A stretch of 64,000 nt of DNA from Sphagnum compactum. Its lineage: Eukaryota. The stretch lies in NCBI GenBank assembly GCA_965153455.1, contig OZ234494.1, positions 62,001 to 126,000 on the forward strand, in the 5' to 3' direction. Each line of letters begins with the position of its first letter. Position 1 is the stretch's first letter. The translations under genes were made by a program, and so were the position numbers. The notes under the pieces were generated by a model. That model was not told where the DNA came from. It searched no databases and saw nothing but the letters and a program-made list of their open reading frames with translations. Shown here piece after piece: positions 25,718-38,751 of this stretch.

Positions 25718-27252
25718 AGTTCTCTTTCCCAAGCTTTTCCTAACATAAAGTGGATGGTTAGACCACCCACACAAGGCAACTCATGTGCCTTGACTCGCAC
25801 AATCCCACTTTTAGATGGGATTCTAACTAACCTATTGTGCCCTTCAATGAGCACATTGTTTTGGGTAATGAATTCCATTCCCAAAACGCACTCCATTCCA
25901 CCCAAGGTAGAAACTAACAAATCCACTTTTCCTTTCCAATTTCCTAATTGGAGGGGCACTCCCTTTGCTTGTAGTGTAGTTGGATGGGGAACCCCATCCG
26001 CGAAATGCACCTCAATGGGTGCCTTGAGCTCCTCCAAGTGGAGCTCCATCCTTTCGGCGCTCTCCCGAGTTATGAAGTTGTGGGAGGTCCCTGTGTCCAA
26101 AAGACATAAGATTTCTCGTTTAACAATCTTCCCTTTCAAGAATATAAGTCGATTGCATTCCGGTTGGGCTAAAGTGGCATTGAGAGCAAGTACCTTAGAG
26201 CTCCCAACCCCCGTTTTGGATTTGGGACAATCTTTGGAGTAATGCCCCACCTCGTTGCAATTGAAACATGCACCCTTGGGCTTTGCTCCAAAGTCTCCCT
26301 TGGTTTGGCTCCCTTTGAAAGGAGCCCCTTTTTTCACGAAGCTACCTTTCGGCTTGAACCCCGAGCCTTGGAATTGTTTTGGCTTATCCTTGGTTGGGCT
26401 ACCTTGCCCCCGGTTCCATTCCCCCTCATGCCTCGGCTTTTTGTGAAGGAACTTGTTGTCCTTCTTGAACCCGGATTTGTCGCTCCGCCCCACATCCGAG
26501 AAGTTCTCCACTTTCGTGATGGCCTCGGATAACGAGGCGGGCCAACTCTCCTCAAGCTTTCGCTTGGCCCAAGTCGGAAGTCCCATCACAAATTGGCACA
26601 CACGATCCAACTCGTGCATGTGCCGGATCTCCAACATGAGTTCGGAATAGGCCCTCACATATTGCCTCAAATTTTCGTTTGTGGCATTCACAAGGTCGCG
26701 GAGTTTGCACCTAGAAATGTAGTCGGAGTTTCTAGGAATGAACTCCGCTTCAATGCGATCCTTGAAAAACTCCCACATATAGCCATGGTTCTTGCCCTCC
26801 TCTTGTCTCACCGTCCGCCACCATGTGGCGGCATAGCCTTTCAAGTAGGATTGGGCAAGCTCCACGGCGGAATTCCGTCCAACCTTGGTGGCATGGATAT
26901 AATCATCCATTTCCGCAAGCCAAGCATCCACCATATTACGGTCTCGGGCACCATCGAAATTTCCGGGCTTGGCCGGTTAAAACCTTTCACCTTTGGAGGC
27001 CCCCGTTTTGAGGGTCGCCACCAACTCACCAAAGTCGGGCCTATTCATCTTGAGGAGGACTTCAAGTTGCTCCGGGGTAAATAGGACCGAGCTCCGTTGT
27101 TCCTCCTCACTCTCGGGTTCAACCTTGGGCTCATCTTGGTCCTCCCGGAAGTTTGGTTCTTCCCCAATTGATTCCGGCGGGGCTACTAGGTCATCGACGG
27201 GCTCCTCGGACCTAGGCTCTGGGGCTAGCTTCCGGTTCTTCTTGGGTGCCAT
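25718..27252 (-). pseudogene. gag-protease with a nonsense mutation
   Basis: ATG (MAPKKNRK) at 27252; CAA to TAA at 26979-26977 relative to the copy at 39.9 kb; [14 protein letters not shown] knuckle; LLDTG protease. Confidence 0.9.
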
Positions 27253-28114
27253 CCCAAAAATGTCGTTGAGCTTCACCTTGAGCTCTGATACCACGTGACG
27301 CGCTCCTTGGTCCCGAGGTGAACCCACTTGAGGGTTCACCAATATGAAGTTGCGAAAAGTTGGGACTAAAGGGCACGCTCCCGACTTCCAACTCTAGAAA
27401 GGGGTAGAGGGTCGAGTTGGAAGCCCCGGGATTAGACTAGGAAAAGGGACTAGTAGAGCAAGTACGAAGCTGCATCCAAAACCAACCACAAATGGGTTAG
27501 TTCACATTCGGGAACACCCTTGGGTGTTGGGACAAGCCACGGGCACTTTGGACTACTTGACTCACCACGGCCCGGACTTGGGGGAAGCCACCACCTTCCC
27601 CCTTATAGTATTCTCTGCAGCTCACCACGGAGCCTACATCCGAATGGCACAAATTCTTGGGACTCCCGAAATGGAGTCTCGAAATTGTCCCGGCGGGACT
27701 CCCGGGACTTTGAATGGTCATAACTCCTGACTCTAAAGTCCGATTGCAATGAGGTCTGAACCAAAGTTGTAGCCCTCTTTGAGATCTTTCCAACGCCATG
27801 TCGCACTCCCTGAGGCAACGTCGGAAAGGGTCGATTCCCGACTTTTACTGGTCGGGAGTCAAACTGCCAGTTTGACTCCCGGCCCTTCTTTTGCCCATAA
27901 CTTGGGCTTCAGATGTACAAATGGCCAATGCGAGGCCATTTTCGATATCTACGTTTCAAGACCTTTCCAATGACACCAAGAACACCCCAATGCGAGGTGT
28001 TTCGGGCCTTGCTGTCGTGCTCTGAACATTCGGGAGTCCCGGAGGACTCCAAACCTCCCACTTTTCCAAGTGTTGGGCTTCACCCCCACACTTGGACAAA
28101 GTGGGGTTGCGACA

Positions 28115-29949
28115 CTGCACAGAACCCACACAAAGTGGTTAGTGCATAGTTGGAGCACCTTTGGTGCTAGGACGAGCCACGGGCAACACGGACACAGAAG
28201 ACTCACCACGGCCCGAACTTGGGGGAAGCCACCACCTTCCCCCTTATAGTATACTCTGCAGCTCTCCACGGAGGCTACATCCAAATGGCTTTTTTTCCCG
28301 GGACTCCCGAGTGGGAGTCCCGAAATCGCGCCAAATGGGACTCCCGCGACTTTGGAGCCCCATAACTTTGCGAGCAGACCTCGGATCGCGATGCGGTCTA
28401 AGGCAAAGTTGTAGATCTCGTCGAGACCTTTCGAACGGTATGTCGCATGTCCTCTGCAGCTCAGTATTTCGGGTCGATTCCCGACTTTTAGTGGTCGGGA
28501 GTCAAACTGGCAGTTCGACTCTCGAGCCTTCTTTTGGCCATAACTTGTGTTTCAGAGATCCAAATGAGCAATGCGAGCCCATTTTAGATATCTACGTTTC
28601 AAGAGCTTTTCAATGATATAAAGAATGCCACAAGACGTGGAGGTTTGACCCCTGCAATCGCTCTCTGAAGTTTCGGGAGTCCACCGGGACTCCATCTCCT
28701 CAAGTGGGAGTTGCCTTGGGAGTGTGAGGGTTCACTCCCTCATACTCCCTCACACTTTCTAACACTCCCGGGAGTATGTGATGTGACTCCTGGGCTTCCT
28801 CTTGCCTTAACTCCCGGGCTTCCTCTTGGCTCGCATTCTTGCAATGCCTTTGCCTTGACTCCCGGGTTTCTTTCCTTTTTGGCCCGCAACCTTGCAACCC
28901 CCTTAGCCTTGGTCGCGAGCCCAAAGCTAGGGTTGCGACACTCTCCCCCACTAGAAGAAGAGGTCAATGTCCTCATTGACACTTAGAATTTCTTTCAACA
29001 ATTGCAATTGCTTTCTTTTGGATCCTTGGCCATCAAATGCCGACTCCTTGTGGCCGGACCTTGCCTCAAGCTAACTTAGGCGTCCCCAAGCTTCCAACAC
29101 TCTCTTGGCAAGTCCAAGGGTGTCTCAATAGAAACCCTCCATTTGCTTCGTCAAAAGACCTAACTAGCCTAATTGACGAAGCCCTCATTTGGGAGGCCAT
29201 TCTTTCAACCTTCCCCTCATGAGGAACTCAAGCCAAGCCTAACCTTGACCTAAGCTACTTGACATGACTCCTTTCCCAATCTTGTGCCTTGATCACAACA
29301 ATCAAGCCTTTCCTAGAGGTATGCTTATCAAGGTACGAGAAGCGATGTTTAGGCTTTGCAAAAGCCTAAGTCCCAAGATACGCGATTATAGTACACGAAC
29401 GGGGTCATGACTTCCCGCGTTGGCCGCCACTACCAACCAACCCCTTGGGATGCACTTTGGGCATGTGCACGTCCCCGCAAGCTCACCTTGCTTGCCTCCT
29501 CTTTTGGGACCAAGATTTCTCTTAGCCCCCAAGTAGGAGTCCGATTTTGATTTGGGCTTACGCAAGAAAGTTCCATTTGTCCATGCCACTTGACAACGCC
29601 CCCCTTTCTAACATACTATTATGTTTGTGATGCAATCTCTCGAAAGTCTTTAGCCTTTATTTCACTTACAACTTGATTTGGTACATTTGTGTAACCTTCC
29701 GCCCGCTAAAAGAAAGGTGATGTCCTCATCACGCTCTATGTTTCCTTTGCCTTTTAGCCGGTCTATTGTGGAATTCTTCTATGGCTTCTTGGGCATGTTC
29801 AATGTCGGACTCATTCACCCAAGATGCCTCTATTGGATGGTACCCTTTCCACTTGACCAAGTACTCCCGCTCTTGCCCCTTTAGTTGCCTTCACTTGAGC
29901 ACGGCCTCCACTTCAAATTCCGGTTCATTATGAACCAAATCCGGCGGGG
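28115..29949 (-). mobile_element. 3' end of a related chromovirus: chromodomain end, 3' UTR, PPT and truncated type C LTR (28115-28940)
   Basis: [16 protein letters not shown] on the minus strand near 29810-29860; PPT abuts the LTR start at 28940. Confidence 0.8.
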
Positions 29950-31833
29950 TGTCGCACTCCCAAGTTCCTAGTGGACCCACTCGAGGGTCCAAGTATGTGG
30001 CAATGCGGAAGGAGTTGGAACTTGGAGCGCGATCCCGACTTCCAGCACTAGAGGGGGGGGTAAGAGGGGCGTGCTAGAGCGTGATGAGGACATCACCTTT
30101 CTTTTAGTGGGGCGGAAAGTTACACAAATGTACCACATCAAGTTGCAAGTGAAATAAAGGCTAAATTTTAAAACTTCCAAAAGATTGCATCACAAACATA
30201 AGTGAGTATGATAGAAAAGGGGTTGTCAAATGGCATGAACAAATGGAACTCTCTTGCGTAAGCCCAAATCAAAATCGGACTCCCACTTGGGGGCTAAGAG
30301 AAATCTTGGTCCTAAAAGAGGAGGCAAGCAAGGTGAGCTTGCGGGGACGTGCACATGCCCAAAGTGCATTCCGAAGGGTTGGTTGGTAGTGGCGGCCAAC
30401 GCGGGAAGTCATGACCCCGTTCGCGTACTATAATCGCGTAGCTTGGGAGTTAGGCTTTTGCAAAGCCTAAACGTCGCTTCTCGTACCTTGATAAGCATAC
30501 CTTTTTGTTAAGGCTTGGTTGTTGTGACCGAGGCGCGAGATTGGGAAAGGAGTCATGTCAAGTAGCTTAGGTCAAGATTAGACTTGACTTGAGTTCCTCA
30601 CGAGGGGAAGGATGGAAAGTGCTTCCCAAATGAAGGCTTCGTCAATTAGGCTAGTTTAGGTCTTTTGACGAAGCATTGGAAGAGGGTTTTATGAGACCCT
30701 CTTGGACTTGTCAAGAAAGTGTTAGAAGCTTGGGGACGCCTAAGTTAGCTTGAGACAAGGTCCAAGCCGCAAGGAGTCGGCATTTGATGGCCAAGGATCC
30801 AAAGAAAAGCAATTGCATTGAAGAAACAAATTCTAAGTGTCAATGAGGACATTGACCTCTTCTTCTAGTGGGGGAGAGTGTCGCAACCCTAGCCTTGGCT
30901 CGCGACCAAGGCAAGGGGGTCGCAAGTGTGCGGGCCTATAAGTAGACCCGGGAGTCATATCACATGCTCCCGGGAGTGCAAAGAGTGTGAGGGAGTGAAC
31001 CCTCACACTCCCAAGTGAACTCCCATGTTGGGAGTTGGTGAGAGTGGAGTGCAAAAAGGACTCCCAAAACTTCAGAGAGCGTTTTGAGGGGTCAAAACTC
31101 AATGGCTTGTTGCGCTCTTTATATCAATGAAAAGCTCTCGAAGTCTAGATATCCAAAATGGGCTCGCATTGCTCATTTGGACATCTGAAACACGAGTTAT
31201 GGCCAAAAGAAGGCCCGGGAGTGGAACTCCCGGGATTCCGCCAGTTTTGACTCCCGACCATTGAAAGTCGGGAATCGACCCAAAATACTTGGGTGCAGAA
31301 AACGTGCGACATACCGTTGGAAAGGTCTCGACGAGACCTACAACTTTGCTCCAGATGGCGAGTCGATCGGAGGTCTGCTCCGAAAGTTATGAAGCTTCAA
31401 AGTCGCGGGAGTCCCGAAAATGCGCGATTTCGGGACTCCCACGCGGGAGTCCCGGGAGTCCCGGGACAAAATGGCCATTTGGATGCCACCCCCGCGACGA
31501 GTCACAGAGTATACTATAGGGAGTAAGGTGGTGGCTTACTCCCGAGCCCGGGTTGTGGTGTGTCAAAGTGAGTCCGAGTTCACCCGTGGCTGTCCCAACA
31601 CCAAAAGGACCTAGAATGAGTTCTAATCACTTTGTGTGGTTTTCATGCAGGCCCGTGTGAGTGAGTAAAGCTTGTCAACTCTTCCTAGTCTTTCCCGGGA
31701 CTTCTAGCACGCCCCTCTTCCCCCCCCCCCTCTAGTGCTGGAAGTCGGGATCGCGCTCCAAGTTCCAACTCCTTCCGCATTGCCACATACTTGGACCCTC
31801 GAGTGGGTCCACTAGGAACTTGGGGGTGCGACA
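29950..31833 (+). mobile_element. Rearranged block: inverted type B LTR tip (29950-30078) fused to a plus-strand 3' UTR, PPT and complete type B LTR (30879-31833)
   Basis: Junction at gtgcTAGAgcgtgatg; PPT agtgggggagag precedes TGTCGCA at 30879. Confidence 0.8.
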
Positions 31834-33686
31834 GGTAATGGTCGTAACAACCTGGCTTGCTTTTTATTGAGTGCCCGGTTTTGTTGGCAAGTCAAGCAAG
31901 TCTTCACGTATTCCTCCGCATCCTCCTTCAAGTTGGGCCAATAATAGGACTTCTTGAGGAATGTGGTGGTGCGCTTTGCACCACCGTGACCCACAAGGGG
32001 CCCATCATGGCATTCCTTCAAAAGCACATCTCTTACCCTCCCTTTTGGAACATAGAGCCGACTTTGCTTATACCACAAAAGTCCATCTCGCAAGTGGAAG
32101 TGGGACTTGATCCCCTTTTGAATGTCTTGCTTCCTTTCCTTGGCAAATTCATCCCGGCGGCTCCGAAGTCGAACATCTTTTTGGAACTTTGTTTCCCCTA
32201 CATACACCACTTTGAGTTGGTGTTTCCGACTCAATGCATCCGGCACCACATTTTCCTTCCCGGGCTTATGCCGAATGTCCACATTGAACAAAGCCAATGT
32301 GTCTTGCCATCTCACTTGTTTTGATGACAACTTTGGTTGAGTTGCGAAGTATTTCAAGGTGACATTGTCGGTCCACACCACTACATCTTTGGAGCCTATG
32401 TAGTGGCCCCAAGTCTTGAGACAATGTATCACGGCCCACATTTCCTTCTCATGGGTTGGCCACCTTCGCTCCGTCTCATTCAACTTCTTGCTTTCGAAGG
32501 CCACCGGCCTTCCATCTTGCACTAGGACTCCTCCTATGGCAAAGTCGGAAGCATCGGAATGGATCTCAAAATCCTTGTCAAAATCGGGCAACTTTAACAC
32601 GGGCGCCTTCACCAAAATGCCTTTCAAGGTTTCAAAGGCGTCATTGCATGCCTCATCCCATTCATAAGTCCCGGATGACTTCTTCAAAAGGTTTGTCAAA
32701 GGTGTGGTTATCTTTGCAAAGTTCTTGATGAACTTGCGATAATAGGATGCCAATCCTAAAAACGACCTTAAGGCGGGGACCGACCTAGGCGGTTCCCAAT
32801 CCAAAATTGCCTTCACCTTGCGGTCATCCATTTTCAAACCTTCTTGGGTGATCCTATGCCCAAGGAAGTCCACCTCCGAGACTCCAAACTCACATTTCTC
32901 GAACTTGGCATACAACTTGTTTTCTCTCAACCTTTGGAACACTTTTCGAAGGTGTTCCACATGCTCCTCCAAGGAGCTACTATAGATCAAAATGTCGTCT
33001 ATGTAGACGACCACAAAATCATCAAGCCACTCTCGGAAAATGTCATTCATGAGGGTGCAAAATGTGGCGGGTGCATTAGTGAGCCCAAATGGCATCACCA
33101 AAAACTCATATGAACCATACCTTGTGCGGCAAGCGGTCTTTTCCTCATCCCCTTGTGCAATTCGAATTTGGTAATACCCGGAACGTAGGTCAATCCTACT
33201 AAACACTTTGGCTCCCGAAAGTCGATCAAACAAGTCATCAATCCGAGGCAATGGGTACCGATTCTTCACCGTCACCTTGTTGAGGGCTCTATAATCTACG
33301 CACATCCTCAAAGTCCCATCCTTCTTGTGAACAAAAAGGACGGGCGCCCCATATGGTGACTTGCTAGGCTTGATGTATCCCTTTGCAAGGAGTTCTTCGA
33401 GTTGAACCTTAAGCTCTTTTAACTCCTCATGACTCATTCGATACGGGGCCTTGGAGGGAGGTGCCACTCCCGAGACCACCTCTATGGCATGGTCCACTTG
33501 TCTTCTCGGGGGCAACTCATCGGGCAATTCTTTCGGCATCACATCCGGGAATTCCTCTAACACTTGCTTGATGCACTTGTGGGGGCTCACCTCCTTGGTG
33601 GCCTCCTTTGGTTCAAACTCATCCAAAACTCGCATCACACATAACATGCCATAGCCTCCCCCACATTCTTTTTCCAAGTTCTTTCC
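31834..33686 (-). pseudogene. pol fragment of a sister subfamily: RT, RNase H and integrase zinc finger
   Basis: ORF 31812-33677 has YIDD, DASD and HHCC, and is cut at both ends by LTRs. Confidence 0.9.
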
Positions 33687-35447
33687 TGACGCACTCCCAA
33701 GTTCCTAGTGGACCCACTTGAGGGTCCAAGTATGCGGCAATGCGGAAGGAGTTGGAACTTGGAGCACGCTCCCGACTTCTAGCACTAGAGGGGGGGTGAA
33801 AGGGGTGTGCTAGAAGTCCCGAGATAGACTAGGAAGAATTGACAAGCTTACTCACTCACACGGCCTTGCACGAAACCCTCATGAAGTGGTTAGTGCATAG
33901 TTGAAACACCTTTGGTGCTAGGAAGAGCCACGGGCAACCTTAGACTCACCTCGGCCCGGACTTGGGAAGTCACCACCTTCCCCCTTTAGAACTCATCATG
34001 GAACCTTTTGGTGTTGGGACAAGCCACAGGTGATCTCGGACTCACTTTGACACACACACACACACCGGGCTCGGGAGTAAGCCACCACCTCACTCCCTTG
34101 GTGGGGAAGCCAGCACCTTTTCCCTTGGGGAAGCCAACCACTTCCCCCTTATAGTATACTCTGCAGCTCTCCACGGAGGCTACATCCAAATGGTTATTTT
34201 TCCCGGGACTCCCGAGTGGGAGTCCCGAAATCGCGCCAAATGGGACTCCCGGGACTTTGGAGCCCCATAACTTTGCGAGCAGACCTCGGATCGTGATGTG
34301 GTCTGAAGCAAAGTTGTAGCTCTTGTCGAGAGCTTTCCAACGATATGTAGCACGCCCCCTGCAGCTAAGTAAATTGGGTCGATTCCCGACTTTTAGTGGT
34401 CGGGAGTCAAACTGGCAGTTCGACTCCCGACCCTTCTTTTGGCCATAACTTGTGTTTCAGAGATCCAAATGAGCCATGCGAGCCCATTGAAGATATCTAC
34501 GTTTCAAGAGGTTTTCATTGATATAAAGAGCGCCACGAGCCATTGAGATTTGACCCCTCAAATCTCTCTCTGAAATTTTGGGAGTCCCTTTGGGACTCCA
34601 ACTCTCACCAACTCCCAACGTGGGAGTTCACTTAGGAGTGTGAGGGTTCACTCCCTCACACTCTCTGGACTCTTTGCACTCCTTGCACTCCCGGGAGCAT
34701 GTGGTGTGCCTCCCGAGTCTACTACTAGGCCCGCAACCTCACAACCCCCTTGCCTTGGTCGCAAGCCAAAGGCTAGGGTTGTGACACTCACCAACTCCCC
34801 CACTAGAAGAAGAGGTCAATGTCCTCATTGACATTTAGAGTTTTCTCTCTCTCACGGTTGCACTCCCGGGTCTACTATTAGGCCCGCACCTTGCAACCCC
34901 CTTGCCTTGGTCGCAAGCCAAGGCTAGGGTTGCGACACTCTCCCCCACTAGAAGAAGAGGTCAATGTCCTCATTGACACTTAAAAATTATTTCCTTAATG
35001 CAATTGCTTCCATTTGGGCTCCCGGTTTGCACTGCCGAGACTTTGGGACTTTGTAGCTCCTTGCCCCAACCTCCGATTGGGACGAGGTTTAAACCAAACT
35101 TGTAGCCCTCAAAGAGAGCTTTTCAATGCCATGTTGCACTCCTAAAGCGCACGTTGGGAACAGGTCGATTCCTGACTTTTAATGGTCGGGGGTCAAATTG
35201 CCAGTTTGACTCCCGGCCCTTCTTTGGCCCATAACTTAGACTACAGATGTCCAAATGGCTCATGCGAGGCCATTTTGGACATCTACACTTCAAGACCTTT
35301 TCAATGACACCAAGGTCACTCAAATGCAAAGAGATTTGACCCCTGTAATCGAGCTCTAAGTTTTCAGGAGTCCTAGAGGACTCCAACTTCCCATTTTTGG
35401 GAGTGTGGACTTCACCCTCACATTTAGCCCAAAGTGGGGTTGCGACA
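33687..35447 (-). mobile_element. Degenerate B/C-like LTR (33687-34786), duplicated LTR head+PPT (~34860-34980) and a type D LTR fragment (~35010-35447)
   Basis: Three ...GGTTG(T/C)GACA termini at 34786, 34937 and 35447. The first two are followed by PPT and hairpin. Confidence 0.7.
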
Positions 35448-35778
35448 CGAGGAATGGAATAAGTTTGGGAGGTCGGGGATAGAATGGAGAAAAGTTTGAG
35501 GAAAACATAAAAAATTGGCATAGAGGGAAATAATTGGATATGTTTGGCATAGGGGGGGGCGAAAGTGGAAGAAGGGGCGTAATAGGAGATAAGGGAATAA
35601 ATTTGGCATGAAGAGGGGGGAAGGCGAGAAGTTTGGGAAAAGGGGGGAAAAGTTGATAGGTTGGCAAAAGTGGGCAAAAAGGGGGGCATAAGTTGGGAAA
35701 AGTTGATAAGTTTAGGGGAAGCGGGGCAAAAGGCGAGAAGTTTGGCATAGTTGGAAGGAAGTTGATAGGCAGGGCATA
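35448..35778 (+). repeat. Purine-rich low-complexity tract with degenerate aagttgg/aaaaggggg units
   Basis: Strong G/A strand bias. Confidence 0.6.
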
Positions 35779-37265
35779 TGACGCGCTCCCAAGTCACGGG
35801 GTGAAACCCACTTGAGGGTTTCACAAAGTCAAGTTGCGGAAAGTTGAACTTGGTAGCACGCTCCCGGCTTCCAACTCTAGAAAGGGGTAGAGGGTCGAGT
35901 TGGGAGCCCCAGGATTAGACTAGGAAGAGGGACTAACTTAGCTCGTGTGAATCTGCATCCAAAAAACCCACCAAATCGGGTTAGTTTAGCATTCGGGACA
36001 CCCTTGGGTGTTGGGACTTGCCACGGGCACTTGGACAACAAGACTCATCACGGCCCGGACTCGGGGGAAGCCACCACCTTCCCCCATATAGTATTCTCTG
36101 CGGCTGGTCGCGGAGGCTACATCCGAATGGCACAAATTCCCGGGACTCCCGAAATGGAGTCACGAAATTGTCTCGGTGGGACTCCCAAAACTTTGAACCG
36201 CCATAACTCCCGACTGCAAAGTTAGATCGCGACAAGGTCTAAACCAAAGTTGTAGCCCTCGTCGAGATCTTTCCAACGCCATGTCGCACACTCAAATCGG
36301 AAGTTAAAAAAAGGTCGATTCCCGACTTTTAGTGGTCGGGAGTCAAACTGCCAGTTTGACTCCCGGCCCTTCTTTTGCCCATAACTTGGGCTGCTGATGT
36401 CCGAATTGCCAATGCGAGGCCATTTTCGATATTTACGTTTCAAGACCTTTCCAATGACTTCAAGAACACCCCAATGCGACGTGTTTTGCCCCTTGCTGTC
36501 GAGCTCTGAACATTTGGGAGTCCCGGAAGACTCCCAACCTCCAACTTTTCCAAGTGTTGGGCTTCACCCCCACACTTGGCCAAAGTGGGGTTGCGACACT
36601 CTCCCCCACTAGAAGAAAGAGGTCAATGTCCTCATTGACATTTAGACTTTTTCCTTCGCACAATTGCAATTGCTTCATTTTGGATCCTTGGCCATTTTGC
36701 CGACTTTCGCGGCTTGGACCTTGTCTCAAGCTAACTTAGGCGTCCCTAAGATTCCAACACTTTCTTGACAAGTCCAAGAGGGTCTTATGGAAAACCCTCA
36801 TCCAACGCTTCGTCAAAAGAGGACTAAACTATCCTAGTTTGACGAAGCTCCTCATTTGGGAGGAACTTTTTCATTCTTCCCCTCATGAGGAACTTAAGTC
36901 AAGTCTACTCTTGACCTAAGCTATTTGACATGACTCCTTTTCCTATCTCGCGCCTTGGTCACAACAACCAAGCCTTAACTAAAAGGTTTGCTTATTAAGG
37001 TACGAGAAGCAGCATTTGGGTTTGCCAAACCCAAGTCCCAAACTACACTTAAAGTATGTGAGCGGGGTCATGACTTCCCGCGTTGGCCACACTACCAACC
37101 AACCCTTCGGGATGCACTTAAGGCATGTGCATGTCCCCGCAAGCTCACCTTGCTTGCCTCCTCTCTCGGGGCCAAGTATCCTCAACCCCAAGGAGGAGTC
37201 CGATTTTGATTTGGGCCTACGCGAAATAGTTCCATTCGTCCCATGCCACTTTACAACTCTCTTCG
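35779..37265 (-). mobile_element. Type E 3' LTR (35779-36598) with PPT and partial 3' UTR
   Basis: A-type head with a different tail (acttgggagcgcgtca); PPT at 36599. Confidence 0.8.
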
Positions 37266-38751
37266 TGACGCGCTCCTTGGTCCCGAGGTGAACCCTCAAG
37301 GTGAACCCACTTGAGGGTTCACCAATATGAAGTTGCGGAAAGTTGGGACCGAAGGGCACGCTCCCGACTTCCAACTCTAGAAAGGGGTAGAGGGTCGAGT
37401 TGGAAGCCCCGGGATTAGACTAGGAAGAGGGACTAGTAGATCAAGCACGAATTTGCATCCAAAACCAACCACAAATGGGTTAGTTCACATTCGGGAACAC
37501 CCTTGGGTGTTGGGACAAGCCACGGGCACTTTAGACTACTTGACTCACCACGGCCCGGACTTGGGGGAAGCCACCACCTTCCCCCTTATAGTATTCTCTG
37601 CAGCTCACCACGGAGCCTACATCCGAATGGCACAAATTCTTGGGACTCCCGAAATGGACTCCCGAAATGGAGTCCCGAAATTGTCCCGGCGGGACTCCCG
37701 GGACTTTGAACGGTCATAACTCCCGACTCCAAAGTCCGATTGCGACGAGGTCTGAACCAAAGTTGTAGCCCTCGTCGAGATCTTTCAACGCCATGTCGCA
37801 CTTCCTGAGGCGACGTCGGAAAAGGGTCGATTCTTGACTTTTAGTGGTCGGGAGTCAAATTGCCAGTTTGACTCCCGGCCCTTCTTTTGCCCATAACTTG
37901 GGCTGCAGATGTCCGAATGGCCAATGCGAGGCCATTTTCGATATCTATGTTTCAAGACCTTTTCAATGACACTAAGAAAACCTCAATGAAAGGTGTTTTA
38001 GGCCTTGCTATGAAGCTCTGAACATTCAGGAGTCCCGGAGGACTCCAAATCTCCAACTTTTCCAAGTGTTGGGCTTCACCCCCACACTTGGCCAAAGTGG
38101 GGTTGCGACACTCTCCCCCACTAGAAGAAAGAGGTCAATGTCCTCATTGACACTTAGAATTTTCCTTCACATAATTGTAATTGCTTTCTTTTTGGATCCT
38201 TGGCCATTTGCCGACTCTTTGCGGCTCGGACCTTGTCTCAAGCTAACTTAGGCGTCCCCAAGATTCCAACACTTTCTTGACAAGTCAAAGAGGGTCTTGT
38301 TGACGCGCTCCTTGGTCCGGGGGTGAACCCACTTGAGGGTTCACCAATGTGAAGTTGCGAAAAGTTGGGACCGAAGGGCACGCTCCCGACTTCCAACTCT
38401 AGAAAGGGGTATAGGGTCGAGCTGGAAGCCTCGGGATTAGACTAGGAAGATGGACTAATAGATCAAGCACGAATTTGCATCCAAAACCAACCACAAATGG
38501 GTTAGTTCACATTCGGGAACACCCTTCGGTGTTGGGACAAGTCACGGGCATTTTGGACTACTTGACTCACCACGGCCCGGACTTGGGGGAAGCCACCACC
38601 TTCCCCCTTATAGTATTCTCTGCAACTCGCCACGGAGCCTACATCCAAATGGCACAAATTCTTGGGACTCCCGAAATGGAGTCCCGAAATTGTCCCTGAG
38701 GGACTCCCGGAACTTTGAACGGTCATAACTCCCGACTCCGGAGTCCAATTG
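37266..38751 (-). mobile_element. Type A 3' LTR (37266-38110), PPT and partial UTR, then a second truncated type A LTR (38301-38751)
   Basis: TGACGCGCTCC termini at 37266 and 38301; each interrupts the UTR of the preceding element. Confidence 0.82.

Larger units (their letters stand above)
18394..28114 (-). mobile_element. Ty3/gypsy chromovirus with type A LTRs, disrupted by three solo LTRs; probably chimeric
   Basis: 5' LTR 27296-28114, PBS TGGTATCAGAGC 27282-27293, gag-pol, PPT next to 20210, 3' LTR 18394-20209. Flanks AAACC and CTGCA do not match. Confidence 0.9.

Noticed and set aside
35123-35824. 233 aa and 130 aa Pro/Phe/Leu-rich ORFs
   Set aside because: Products of a pyrimidine-rich low-complexity strand fused to LTR sequence.
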